A stretch of 64,000 nucleotides of DNA from an uncultured delta proteobacterium (GCA_963745835.1 CAVUZH010000018.1:352001-416000); one strand, 5' to 3'. Counted from the first letter of the stretch, positions 53,028 through 63,111 are shown. Translations and numbers: made by a program. The notes: generated from the letters alone by a model not told the origin.

Positions 53028-53399
53028 ATGCCATTTACGATCGTTGACGCGGCGGGACCGATTATCAGCGCAAAGATCAGCGGCGAACTCGGCAAGTCCG
53101 AGGTCAGTCAATTGCAGGCTGCAGCGCTTGGCGCAATCAAGCGTCATGGCAAGATCAGCGCGCTATTCATTCTTGAAAACTTTGAAGGATGGAAACAAAC
53201 GGGGGACTGGGGCGACATCACATTCATGACCGAGCACGACGAGCAAATCGTCAAAATCGCCGTGGTCGGAGCGGAAGGCTGGCGTGATATGATTTACGCC
53301 TTCCTCGCGAAAGGCTTTCGAAACGCGCAAGTCGAATACTTCCTGCCGTCCGAGCTCGCGAAAGCGCGCTCCTGGCTCGAGGAGAACAAGCGCTCCTAG
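53028..53399 (+). CDS. STAS/SEC14 (SpoIIAA-like) domain protein
   Basis: ISAKISG.L, FEGW, KIAVVG...W, YF...EL..A..WL; RBS GAGGAGG. Confidence 0.82.
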   Translation: MPFTIVDAAGPIISAKISGELGKSEVSQLQAAALGAIKRHGKISALFILENFEGWKQTGDWGDITFMTEHDEQIVKIAVVGAEGWRDMIYAFLAKGFRNAQVEYFLPSELAKARSWLEENKRS

Positions 53400-53721
53400 C
53401 AGCCAGGAATGCCGTGCCAAACGTCAGGGCAATATTGCGATCGTTGGTCAGATGAGATTGTCCTGTTTTTCTTCTCTTGTGCGATACAGCCGCAAATTCC
53501 CAGGTCGCCGACCATCAGGTCGAAAGCATGCTCCGCAGCGAAGCGCGCGTTTGCTGACAGCCAGTGAGGATCGCGAGAATTCGTCCAAGTATCTTTCTTC
53601 CTTTCCGAGTTCCCGCGGCGCCGGATTGAGTTAAGCGACTGATCGCGGGTCCTTGGCTGCTTGAGCGCACGCTCACAGCAGGACTCAGCCGCGCAAAACA
53701 AGGATTCGGCATTGCGGTCCC

Positions 53722-55884
53722 GTGAGCTCTTCCAACAAGATTCTAATCGGACTCTGCGCCGGTGCCTTCGTCGGGATTTTCCTCGGCGAGCATGCCGGTG
53801 TGTTCAAATTCGCCGCGGATGGTTTTGTCAAGTTGCTGCAGATGAGTGTGCTGCCGTACATCACTCTCTCAATCGTCACGAGTCTGGGAAGCTTGAATTT
53901 TGCGCAGTTGAAGATTATTGGTCTTCGCGGTGGAGCGGTGCTCGTCGGCCTGTGGTGTCTCGCACTGGTTTTTACCTTCCTGATCGCGTTCACGTTTCCG
54001 GTCCTCGAGACTGCGTCATTTTTCAGCTCGACCCTGATCGAAGAGCGCCCGCCCTTCAACTTTGTCGATCTATTTATTCCGTCCAATCCGTTCCACGCGC
54101 TGTCGAACAACATCGTCCCGGCGGTCGTTCTTTTCTTTATCTTTTTCGGTGTTGCGCTTATCGGCGTCGAGCGCAAGCAAGTCGCGCTCGACGTTTTTAA
54201 TGTCGCCAAAGATGCCTTAGCCAAAGTGACCAAAGCCGTCGTGACTTTGATGCCCTATGGGGTTTTCGCCATTGCCGCAAACACGGCGGGCACGTTGAAC
54301 CTCGACCAAATCGCCCGAATTCAGGTCTACCTGATCACTTACGTGATCGTTGCTCTCCTCGTGGCTCTCTGGGTATTGCCCGGTCTGGTCGCGGCGCTCA
54401 CTCCCTTCAGCTATCGCGAGGTGCTCGGGCCGACGCGAGACGGGCTGATCACTGCATTTGTCGCGGCAGATTTGTTCATCGTCCTGCCGATCCTGATCCA
54501 GGCATGCAAGGATCTGCTAGAGCGTCGCCGGCTCGTCGACGAGCGGACAAGGGCGCTGCCGGAAGTGATCATCCCGACGTCCTTCAATTTTCCCCATACC
54601 GGCAAGCTCCTGTCCATCAGCTTCATCTTGTTCGCCGGATGGTTCGCCGATGCGGCGGTGCCGTTGTCGGAATATCCGCGTCTGGCGCTGGCCGGTCTGC
54701 TTACGTTCTTCGGCAGTCTCAATGTCGCAGTGCCGTTCCTGCTCGACCTGTTCCGGATCCCGGCCGATACGTTTCAGCTGTTCCTTGCCACCGGCGTTAT
54801 CAACTCGAGATTCGGCGCGCTGCTCGCGGCGGTCCACACGGTGGCGGTGGCACTGCTCGGAAGTGCGGCGATCGTCGGTGCGCTGCGCTTCAGCCCGGCG
54901 CGCATTGGCCGCTATGTTGTGGTCACGGCCGGGGTAACGGCTGTGACAATTGGTGGCTTGCGAGTAGCTTTCGACACCGCTCTAGCGGGAAGCTTTGCCG
55001 GTGAGGAGCTAGTCTACGGAATGCGTCCGCTCATGACCGCTGGCGATGCGCGACTGTTGAAATCGTCCGAGCTCAGCGAGGTTGGAAAAGCGGCTGCGCC
55101 GGCGGGACCGCTGCTCGACACGATCACGCGACGTGGTACGCTCCGCGTCGGCGTGTTTGCTGATCGCCTGCCGTTCGTTTTCATCGATCGAGAAGGTCAT
55201 CTGGTCGGGTTCGACGTCGAAATGGCCCAGCTCCTTGCCCGTGATCTTGGCGTCAAGGTTGAATTCGTCGAGATGGAAGCGGTCGGTCCGGAGGTGCCCC
55301 GTTTGTTGGCGACCGACACGGTCGATGTGGCGATGACGGGATTTCCAGTGACAGCGGGGCGCGCCAGCCAAATCCTTCACTCCGAGCCTTACCTGGACGA
55401 GACCCTTGCGTTCGTGGTGAAAGATCGACTGCGGGAGAGTTTTTCCAGCTGGGCTAACATACGGGAGCTCGGTAGCTTCTCTGTGCTGATTCCTGCCTTG
55501 CCGTACTTTAGCGATGTGGTAAGAACTCGCGCGCCAGCGCTCCAGCTCACACTGGCAGCCTCCATGACGCAAATCGAGCAGGCGCTTAAAAATGGTACAT
55601 CCGATGCGGTCGTGCTCCCCGCCGAGCGCGGCTCGGTTCTGAGCCTGCTCTATCCAAAGTACACCGTGGTTGTGCCGGAACCGGGGATCGTCAAGATACC
55701 GCTGGCCTATCCTGTGGCCCGCCGCGATCACGAACTTGCAGCGTTTCTCAATACATGGATCGAGCTCAAGCGGCGCGACGGTACCATCGACGCGCTTTAC
55801 GGCCACTGGATTCTCGGCAAGCAGGCCGTCAAACGCGAGCCACGCTGGTCGATCATGCGCAACGTGCTGCACTGGGTCAACTGA
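53722..55884 (+). CDS. Dicarboxylate/amino acid:cation symporter fused to C-terminal SBP_bac_3 domain
   Basis: F.KLLQM.VLPY, FIPSNPF.AL, PYGVFA; then RGTLRVG, GFDVEMA..LA.DLG, Y..WILG. Confidence 0.86.
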   Translation: MSSSNKILIGLCAGAFVGIFLGEHAGVFKFAADGFVKLLQMSVLPYITLSIVTSLGSLNFAQLKIIGLRGGAVLVGLWCLALVFTFLIAFTFPVLETASFFSSTLIEERPPFNFVDLFIPSNPFHALSNNIVPAVVLFFIFFGVALIGVERKQVALDVFNVAKDALAKVTKAVVTLMPYGVFAIAANTAGTLNLDQIARIQVYLITYVIVALLVALWVLPGLVAALTPFSYREVLGPTRDGLITAFVAADLFIVLPILIQACKDLLERRRLVDERTRALPEVIIPTSFNFPHTGKLLSISFILFAGWFADAAVPLSEYPRLALAGLLTFFGSLNVAVPFLLDLFRIPADTFQLFLATGVINSRFGALLAAVHTVAVALLGSAAIVGALRFSPARIGRYVVVTAGVTAVTIGGLRVAFDTALAGSFAGEELVYGMRPLMTAGDARLLKSSELSEVGKAAAPAGPLLDTITRRGTLRVGVFADRLPFVFIDREGHLVGFDVEMAQLLARDLGVKVEFVEMEAVGPEVPRLLATDTVDVAMTGFPVTAGRASQILHSEPYLDETLAFVVKDRLRESFSSWANIRELGSFSVLIPALPYFSDVVRTRAPALQLTLAASMTQIEQALKNGTSDAVVLPAERGSVLSLLYPKYTVVVPEPGIVKIPLAYPVARRDHELAAFLNTWIELKRRDGTIDALYGHWILGKQAVKREPRWSIMRNVLHWVN

Positions 55885-55938
55885 TCTCGTCGCAGATTAG
55901 CCCGCATTCTCAGAGGGCAAGTTTTCCTCTGTGCCGCC

Positions 55939-55956
55939 ATTGGACTAAGGTCCAAT
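55939..55956 (+). promoter_or_regulatory. Palindromic regulator box 8 (ATTGGACTAAGGTCCAAT)
   Basis: Followed by ATAC; TATAAC at 55977-82 (tandemly duplicated); upstream of RND operon. Confidence 0.82.
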
Positions 55957-56124
55957 ATACCGAATCGCGACATTTCTATAACTATTCTATAACTATGGAC
56001 TTGCACCAGAAGTTGCCGGAGCAGGAGTTTGACTCTCACCTAATGACTTGCTAGGGCTCGAAGGCTCTAAGCGACGTCGGCAAATAATCGTGGAATCGGT
56101 GCATTCAAACCATAGGGAGATAAC

Positions 56125-57336
56125 GTGAACATTGAAAGTGTTCGCTTGAGGCTCGGGCGATTGATGCGCACTTCACCCACTCTCATTTATTTTCTCATTT
56201 TAGCGGCTCCCGTTGCCTGCTCAAAAACAGAGGCTCCGCCGCCGCCTGCGCCGCCCGAGGTGCAAGTAGCCGAAGTCACACAAAACGATGTGCCCATTTC
56301 CATCGAGCTAGTTGGAGCGACCTTAGGATCGGAAGATGTCGAGATTCGAGCGCGCGTGGAAGGCTATCTGGTTTCCATGAACTTCACCGAGGGTTCGTTC
56401 GTCAAAAAAGGCCAGCTCTTGTATCGGATCGATCCCCAGCCCTTTGAGGCTGCGCTCGCGGAGGCCTCGGCCAATCTTTCCACGGCGCGCGCGCGAGTCG
56501 ACAAAACCAATAATGACGTAGCGCGTCTAACGCCGCTTGCAAAACAGCAGGCTGTCAGTCAACAGGAGGTCGATAACGCGGTCTCGGCGCAGGAGGCCGC
56601 CCAGGCTCAGGTCGCCGCATACGACGCAAAAGTCGCTAAGGCTAAGCTCGACTTGGCCTACACGACAATCACTTCGCCCATCGATGGGCTGATCGGCACG
56701 ACACAGAAAAAAGTCGGCAGCTTGGTGGCGGGCGGGGAGACACTGCTTAATACTGTTTCGCAAATCAATCCGATTCTGTTTCGCTGCGCCATCGCCGAAG
56801 CGGAGTATTTAAGACTCGCGCGGCGCGGTGCGATTCGCGATAAATCTGAGAACAAGAAATTCGGCGTCGAGTTACTTCTTGCCGATGGCAGCGTTCACCC
56901 TCACAAAGGACGCCTGGACTCGGTCGAGCGCGCCGTCGATCCAACGACGGGCACTCTCAGCGGCCAATTTAGCTTTCCCAATCCTGAGCGGATTCTGCGT
57001 CCGAACCAGTATGGACGCGCGCGTATTGTCACCGATGTTAAGCAAGGGGCCGTGCTGGTTCCGCAGCGGGCGGTGCAGGAAATTCAAGGCCTCTACAGCG
57101 TTATGGTTGTGAAACCGGATGAGACGGTGGAGCAGCGTATGATTAAGGCAGGCGAACGGGTCGGCAACTTGTGGATTATCGATTCGGGAGCCAAGCCCGG
57201 AGAAAAGGTGATCGTCGAAGGCATTCAAAAGGTTCGCCCCGGCGTGAAAGTCAACGCGAAGCCGGAGAAGAGCGAAGCGGGCGCTGCGCTCAGTCATAAA
57301 GCCCCAACGGATAGCAATCTCAAGACAGGGAAATAG
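56125..57336 (+). CDS. RND efflux periplasmic adaptor (MFP)
   Basis: VEIRARVEGYL, GQLLY.IDP.PF, ITSPIDG, VD.TTGT, VPQRAV. Confidence 0.92.
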   Translation: MNIESVRLRLGRLMRTSPTLIYFLILAAPVACSKTEAPPPPAPPEVQVAEVTQNDVPISIELVGATLGSEDVEIRARVEGYLVSMNFTEGSFVKKGQLLYRIDPQPFEAALAEASANLSTARARVDKTNNDVARLTPLAKQQAVSQQEVDNAVSAQEAAQAQVAAYDAKVAKAKLDLAYTTITSPIDGLIGTTQKKVGSLVAGGETLLNTVSQINPILFRCAIAEAEYLRLARRGAIRDKSENKKFGVELLLADGSVHPHKGRLDSVERAVDPTTGTLSGQFSFPNPERILRPNQYGRARIVTDVKQGAVLVPQRAVQEIQGLYSVMVVKPDETVEQRMIKAGERVGNLWIIDSGAKPGEKVIVEGIQKVRPGVKVNAKPEKSEAGAALSHKAPTDSNLKTGK

Positions 57337-57339
57337 CTC

Positions 57340-60300
57340 ATGGCAAATTTTTTCATCCGCAGGCCCATCGTTGCCATAGTGATCTCGATCATCATGGTCC
57401 TGATGGGACTTTTTACGTTGAAGGGACTCAGTATCGAGCAGTATCCGTTTCTCGCGCCGCCTTCGATCCGTGTCACGGCGACCTATCCGGGCGCTTCCGC
57501 GGTGGCGGTCGAGCAATCGGTGGCGACACCCATCGAGCAGGAAGTCAATGGCGTCGACAAGATGATTTATATGAAATCGTCGAACACCAGCGACGGCCGC
57601 ATGCAGCTCGATGTCAATTTCGAGGTCGGCGTCGATCAGGACACGGCGAACGTGTTGACTCAAAACCGAGTCTCGTCGGCTCAGGCCCGGCTGCCGCAGG
57701 AGGTTGTCCAACAGGGAGTCACGGTCAAGAAGCAAAGCCCGAGCATCCTGATGCTGATCTCGCTCTACTCGCCTGAGGGAAGCTACGACGCTAACTTTTT
57801 GATCAATTATTCCGGCATCAACCTGCGCGATCAGATCCTGCGCATCCCAGGCGTTGCCCAGGTCGATCTCTTCGGCGGTGCTGACTACGGCATGCGCATT
57901 TGGCTGCGGCCGGACAGGCTCGCCAGACTCGCTCTCACGCCCGCGGATGTTATCTCGGCGATTAAAGAACAGAACCTCCAGGCGCCGGCGGGACGCGTCG
58001 GCATGGCCCCATCGCCAAAGGACCAGGAGTTTACCTACACCGTGAGTGCCCCCGGCCGACTGGTTAACCCGGAGGAGTTCGAGAACATCATCCTGCGCCA
58101 AACCGAAACCGGCGCGCAGATTCGCGTGAAGGACGTCGGCCGCGCCGAGTTGGGGTCGCAGGACTACAACTCGTTCGGACGGCTTGACGGTAAAGCGTCG
58201 GGTACTATGGCCGTCTACCTACTGCCGGGGGCAAACCAACTCCAGGCGTCCGAGGCGATTTATGAGACGATGCGGCTTGCGAAAGGGCTCTTTCCGCCGG
58301 ACATAGACTACAAGATCGTGTATGACACAACGCCGGCGGTCAATGCCTCCATCGAAGGCATCGTCCATACGTTTGTCGAGGCGATCATCTTGGTCACGCT
58401 GGTGGTTTTCATCTTTCTGCAAAACCTGCGCGCGACCATCATCCCGCTCATCACCGTGCCGGTATCGCTAATCGGCACCTTCATCTTTTTTCCGCTGCTG
58501 GGCTTCTCGGTGAACACTCTCTCGATGTTCGGCCTCGTCCTCGCCATCGGCATCGTCGTCGACGACGCCATCGTCGTGGTCGAAGCCGTGATGCACCACA
58601 TCGAGCATGGGATGAACCCGAAGGAAGCGACCATCCAAGCGATGAAGGAAGTCTCAGGCCCGGTCGTCGGCATCGCGCTTATTCTCTCGGCCGTGTTCGT
58701 CCCGGTGGCTTTCCTGGGCGGCCTGACCGGACAGATGTACAAGCAATTCGCCTTGACCATTGCCATATCGGTGCTGCTCTCAGCTTTCGCCGCACTGTCG
58801 CTCGCGCCAGCTCTCTGTGCCATGTTTTTGAAGCCGCCAAAGCCGGCGCGCGGCCCGCTGGGAAAATTCTTCGGCTGGTTCAACCGCGTCTTTGACCGCA
58901 CGACCAGCGCGTACATCAGCACCTCACGGCTCCTGGTGCGACGTTCGATACTTACCATCGTCATCGTCGCCGCGGTGGCTGTCGGCGCCGGCCTTTTCGG
59001 CGGCGCGCTGCCCGCAGGCTTCATCCCCGAGGAGGACCAGGGAATCTTCGGTGTCAACGTGACGCTCCCGCCCGCTGCCTCTCTCGAGCGCACGGGTAGA
59101 GTGCTAACACAGGTCGAGCAGATCCTGGCCAAAACCGAAGGAGTCGAGTCTTTTACCACCATCGGCGGCTACGGCGTGGTGACGAGCACCTATCAACCTA
59201 ACTTCGGCACTATCTTTGTTCGTCTCAAACCGTGGGATGATCGTCATTCCGAAGCGCTTCATGTGCGCGGCATCATGGCGGGCTTGCAGCCGCAGCTGGC
59301 GAAGATTTCCGAGGCACTGATCTTTCCTTTCAATATTCCGACGATCTCCGGCTTCGGTGCCTCGGCCGGCTTTAACTTCCTCTTGCAGGATCGCAGCGGC
59401 TCGCTCAGCGTGCAGCAACTAGGCGACTTCTCCCGCCAGTTCCTCGATGCGGCGCGCAAACGGCCGGAACTGGCCAACCTCTTTACCTCCTTCGATCCCC
59501 GCTATCCACAAGTGAAGGTGGATCTCGACCGCGAGAAGGCGCGCAAGCTGGGAGTACCGGTCAACGAGGTCTTCCAAGCGCTGTCCGCGGTCATGGGAGG
59601 CAGCTACGTGAACGACTTCAATCGCTTCGGCCGGCTGTTTCGCGTCTATGTCCAGGCGGATGCCGACTACAGGCGCAACCCCACAGACATTGGCGATATT
59701 TACGTCCGTAGCCAAAGCACCAAAAGCATGATCCCGCTCTCTACCTTGGTGAGCATTACCTCTGAAAACGGCACCGAAGTCACCAACCGCTTCAACCTGT
59801 TTCGTTCGGTCGAAATCAATGGCGTCCCTGGTCGCGGCTACACTTCCGGACAGGCTTTGACGGCGCTTGAAGATGTTTTCAAGGAGACCATGCCAAGGGA
59901 ATTGGGCTTTGCTTATTCGAGCCTATCCTATCAGGAAAAAGTGGCGCCGCCGGCGGGACCGACCTTTGCTCTCGCGATCGTTTTCGTGTTTCTGCTCCTG
60001 GCCGCTATGTATGAGAGCTGGCGCCTGCCATGGGCGGTTCTGCTCGGCTCGCCTCTCGTGGCCCTGGGCTCGTTCTTCGGGGTCTGGCTGATGGGTTATG
60101 ACAACAACGTCTACGTTCAAGTCGGTAATATAATGCTGATCGGGCTCGCCGCCAAGAACGCGATTCTGATCGTTGAGTTTGCCAAAGCGAAACACGACGA
60201 GGGCATGTCGCCTGAAGATGCCGCGCTCGAATCGGCGCGGCTGCGCTTCCGCCCGATCCTCATGACCGCATTCGCCTTTATCTTGGGCGTAGTTCCCCTG

Positions 60301-60495
60301 ATGATCGCGAGCGGCGCGGGCGCCGGCGCGCAGAACGTCATGGGCACTGCCGTCTTCTGGGGAATGCTGGTCGCTACCGCTCTCGGGGTTTTTCTCATTC
60401 CTGGGAACTTCGCGTTCGTCGAGGGCTTGGGGAGAAAGAAGAAGTTGGCGCCAAGAGCAGTCCCTGTCGTGCCGTCGCATGAGGGGGCTCACTAA
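57340..60495 (+). CDS. RND efflux permease (HAE1, AcrB/MexF-like)
   Basis: FFIRRPI, IGIVVDDAIVVVE, GLAAKNAILIVEFA, RLRFRPILMT; 1051 aa. Confidence 0.95.
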   Translation: MANFFIRRPIVAIVISIIMVLMGLFTLKGLSIEQYPFLAPPSIRVTATYPGASAVAVEQSVATPIEQEVNGVDKMIYMKSSNTSDGRMQLDVNFEVGVDQDTANVLTQNRVSSAQARLPQEVVQQGVTVKKQSPSILMLISLYSPEGSYDANFLINYSGINLRDQILRIPGVAQVDLFGGADYGMRIWLRPDRLARLALTPADVISAIKEQNLQAPAGRVGMAPSPKDQEFTYTVSAPGRLVNPEEFENIILRQTETGAQIRVKDVGRAELGSQDYNSFGRLDGKASGTMAVYLLPGANQLQASEAIYETMRLAKGLFPPDIDYKIVYDTTPAVNASIEGIVHTFVEAIILVTLVVFIFLQNLRATIIPLITVPVSLIGTFIFFPLLGFSVNTLSMFGLVLAIGIVVDDAIVVVEAVMHHIEHGMNPKEATIQAMKEVSGPVVGIALILSAVFVPVAFLGGLTGQMYKQFALTIAISVLLSAFAALSLAPALCAMFLKPPKPARGPLGKFFGWFNRVFDRTTSAYISTSRLLVRRSILTIVIVAAVAVGAGLFGGALPAGFIPEEDQGIFGVNVTLPPAASLERTGRVLTQVEQILAKTEGVESFTTIGGYGVVTSTYQPNFGTIFVRLKPWDDRHSEALHVRGIMAGLQPQLAKISEALIFPFNIPTISGFGASAGFNFLLQDRSGSLSVQQLGDFSRQFLDAARKRPELANLFTSFDPRYPQVKVDLDREKARKLGVPVNEVFQALSAVMGGSYVNDFNRFGRLFRVYVQADADYRRNPTDIGDIYVRSQSTKSMIPLSTLVSITSENGTEVTNRFNLFRSVEINGVPGRGYTSGQALTALEDVFKETMPRELGFAYSSLSYQEKVAPPAGPTFALAIVFVFLLLAAMYESWRLPWAVLLGSPLVALGSFFGVWLMGYDNNVYVQVGNIMLIGLAAKNAILIVEFAKAKHDEGMSPEDAALESARLRFRPILMTAFAFILGVVPLMIASGAGAGAQNVMGTAVFWGMLVATALGVFLIPGNFAFVEGLGRKKKLAPRAVPVVPSHEGAH

Positions 60496-61890
60496 ATGAA
60501 GGCAGCCGCGCTTGTTTCTCTCCTCGCGTTTGTCATCGGCGGGTGCACGGTGGGTCCAAACTATAGTCGGCCCACAATATTAACTCCGGATAACCACCGC
60601 GATGCCCTGGAGCCGCCCAAAGCTGAATCGCTCGCCGACATTCCCTGGTGGGAGCTTTTCAACGATCCGGTGCTCCAAGAGCTGACCCGAGACGCCTTGC
60701 GCAACAACTATGATTTGCGCACCGCGGCCGCGCGAGTGGAGGAAGCGCGGGCCCAGATCGGTGTCTCACGGTCTTTCTTTTATCCCCAACTCACGCTTAA
60801 CGGCGGCGGTAGCGCTGAACAGGTTTCTCGGTCGAGCGATCCATCGCAGTCATTTGGCGCCAGCCGGAGTTTCCAAAATTGGTTCGGCAATTTCGCCATG
60901 ACTTGGGAATTCGATGTATTCGGCCGGATCCGGCGTGAAACGGAAGCGGCCGGCGCCAGGTATGTCGCCACTGAGATGGATCGGCGCGCCGTGTATATCA
61001 CCTTGGTTGCCGATGTTGCGCAGTCTTACTTTATTCTAAGAGAGCTGGATCTGGAGCTCGAAATCGCCCGGCGCACACTTCAGCTCAACGACGAGACCAT
61101 CCAGTTTTACCAAAGGCGGCTTGCCGGCGGCGTCTCCAACCGGCTCGAAGTTGATCAGTCAGTCGCCAATCGCTCGCGCACCGCGGCCGTGATTCCCGAT
61201 TTGGAACGTCGGATCGCCATTCAAGAAAATCTCATCAACTTTCTTCTGGCGCGCAATCCTGCAACGATTCCACGCGGCACAGTTCTCGTCGACCAATATC
61301 ATCCACCCGCAATTCCGGCGGGCTTGCCTTCAGCGTTGCTGGAGCGCCGTCCCGACGTGCAGAGCGCCGAACAGTTGCTGGTTGCGGCGAACGCCGATGT
61401 CGGGGCCGCCAAGGCGCTCTTCTTTCCTACTTTCTCGCTCGACGCGGCAGTCGGCGGCCTCACTCACAATATCTCCAACATCGACAAACGCGCGGCGGTC
61501 TGGGCGGTTTCCGGCGGTTTCTTGCAACCGATTTTTCAGGGCTGGCGACTGTTCTGGAACTATGACGCGACCATCGCGCGCTTTGACCAGTCGCTTGCGC
61601 AATATGAGAAGGCGGCGCAAAACGGTTTTCGGGAAGTGGCGGACGCGCTGGTAACGATTGAAAAACTCAGAGATGTGCGCGTCGAGCAGGAAGCGCAGGT
61701 TGGGGCGCTGCAAGACGCCTCGCGCCTCTCGCGTCTGCGCTACGATACCGGGTTGGCCAACTATATTGAAGTTTTGATCGCTGACCAGGACCTGTTTGAT
61801 GCCGAATTGGACCTTGCGCGCACACGCGGAGCTCAGCTCAACGCCGTCGTCCAGCTTTACCGCGCCCTCGGCGGTGGATGGCAGCCATGA
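60496..61890 (+). CDS. RND outer-membrane factor lipoprotein (NodT/OprM family)
   Basis: Lipobox GGC.VGPNY, WW..F.DP.L, LLERRPDV, LYRALGGGW. Confidence 0.93.
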   Translation: MKAAALVSLLAFVIGGCTVGPNYSRPTILTPDNHRDALEPPKAESLADIPWWELFNDPVLQELTRDALRNNYDLRTAAARVEEARAQIGVSRSFFYPQLTLNGGGSAEQVSRSSDPSQSFGASRSFQNWFGNFAMTWEFDVFGRIRRETEAAGARYVATEMDRRAVYITLVADVAQSYFILRELDLELEIARRTLQLNDETIQFYQRRLAGGVSNRLEVDQSVANRSRTAAVIPDLERRIAIQENLINFLLARNPATIPRGTVLVDQYHPPAIPAGLPSALLERRPDVQSAEQLLVAANADVGAAKALFFPTFSLDAAVGGLTHNISNIDKRAAVWAVSGGFLQPIFQGWRLFWNYDATIARFDQSLAQYEKAAQNGFREVADALVTIEKLRDVRVEQEAQVGALQDASRLSRLRYDTGLANYIEVLIADQDLFDAELDLARTRGAQLNAVVQLYRALGGGWQP

Positions 61891-62133
61891 TGTAAGTTCA
61901 AAGCGTTTAAGTCGTTCAACAAGTTCAAACCGTTTCGGATGAGAACGTGGTGGATAAAATTTTTCTACGTAATCAACTGACTTCTGGTCGTCGTCCTGGT
62001 CGCCAGCCGATTTGAGCAGCGGCAATATGTAGTCTCACTCGGGGCGCTTGAAGTGGCGGAAATCGAGGTTGGTAGGGAATCCGCCGAAACGCGCGTACGA
62101 ATCAGTTAGCGAAAACAACAAAAGGAGGTTGTG

Positions 62134-62577
62134 ATGCGGAAAGTCATGCAGTGTTTGCAGATCAGCGGGTTGGTCATCTCGCTCCAAGCAGCGCTCGCTT
62201 GCGCTGTATTCGACACCAGTGAAAAGGCCCAGTGGTCGCCGACGAAGATCAGCGATTTTAAAAGTATCGCCGGAAAATGGGAAGGTCTTTTGATTCGAAC
62301 GCCGACAGCCAAAGACGAAGATTGGGTGAACGTCAGCATCCAAGATAATGGAGATTACGAGTTTGTCAGTTATCGTACGATCGGCGTGTTCAGCGGCAAA
62401 GGCAAATTGGCCGTGAAAGACGGCATAGCTGTGACACAAAATGAGAAGGGCAGCTTAGCGATGCAACTCTTTACCGATAAGACCAAGGGTCAATCCATGC
62501 TGAAAGCGGAGAGCAAGGGCAAAGACGGTATCGATTATCGGGCCGAGCTGACCAAGGCGTCAGCCAAACAAAAATAA
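62134..62577 (+). CDS. Hypothetical exported protein/lipoprotein
   Basis: RBS AGGAGG, hydrophobic N-terminus with LAC. Confidence 0.6.
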   Translation: MRKVMQCLQISGLVISLQAALACAVFDTSEKAQWSPTKISDFKSIAGKWEGLLIRTPTAKDEDWVNVSIQDNGDYEFVSYRTIGVFSGKGKLAVKDGIAVTQNEKGSLAMQLFTDKTKGQSMLKAESKGKDGIDYRAELTKASAKQK

Positions 62578-62652
62578 GACAAGTTGCCGCGCTCCAACAA
62601 TCTATTTCTTCCTAGGCGAGAGCCGCTCGATAGTGAGAGACCGAAAACCTAG

Positions 62653-63111
62653 ATGAATCTTCGCACCATTCAAGGCATCCTGCTTGGGGTAATCATCGGT
62701 ATCGCCGTCGGCATCGGCGCATATACTTTCGCTTATGCCAAGGGCTGGTCCTATTTGACCGACGATGCGGCGGCGTGCGCCAACTGCCACGTGATGCGTG
62801 AGCAATTCGACGGCTGGCTCAAGTCGTCACATCGCGCGGTTGCGACCTGCAATAGCTGCCACACGCCGGCGAACCTCTTCGGCAAATACCTAACGAAAGC
62901 TTCGAACGGCTTCTGGCATTCATTTTTCTTCACGACGGGTGGCTATGAGGACGTTATTCAAATCAAGCCGCACAGCCGGGAGATCACCGAGCAGGCCTGT
63001 CGTGGCTGCCATGGGGAAATTGTCGACGCAATTGAAGCATCGCACTCGGCAGAGAGCGGCGGACAAGTCGTCTGTCTGAGCTGCCATAACTCGGTCGGGC
63101 ACTTGCAGTGA
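62653..63111 (+). CDS. nrfH: Cytochrome c nitrite reductase small subunit (tetraheme)
   Basis: N-terminal TM; CANCHVM, CNSCH, CRGCH, CLSCH..VGH. Confidence 0.92.
   Translation: MNLRTIQGILLGVIIGIAVGIGAYTFAYAKGWSYLTDDAAACANCHVMREQFDGWLKSSHRAVATCNSCHTPANLFGKYLTKASNGFWHSFFFTTGGYEDVIQIKPHSREITEQACRGCHGEIVDAIEASHSAESGGQVVCLSCHNSVGHLQ

Noticed and set aside
53396-53701. Minus-strand ORF with faint USP-like phrase RFAAEHAFDLMVG
   Set aside because: Similarity too short to support a pseudogene call
15343-55956. Palindrome copies as CRISPR repeats or REP/terminator hairpins
   Set aside because: Dispersed kb apart, no spacers or cas genes, positioned upstream of genes with near-fixed spacing to -10-like elements
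56872-62025. Long antisense ORFs over the RND operon
   Set aside because: Typical shadows of GC-rich RND genes
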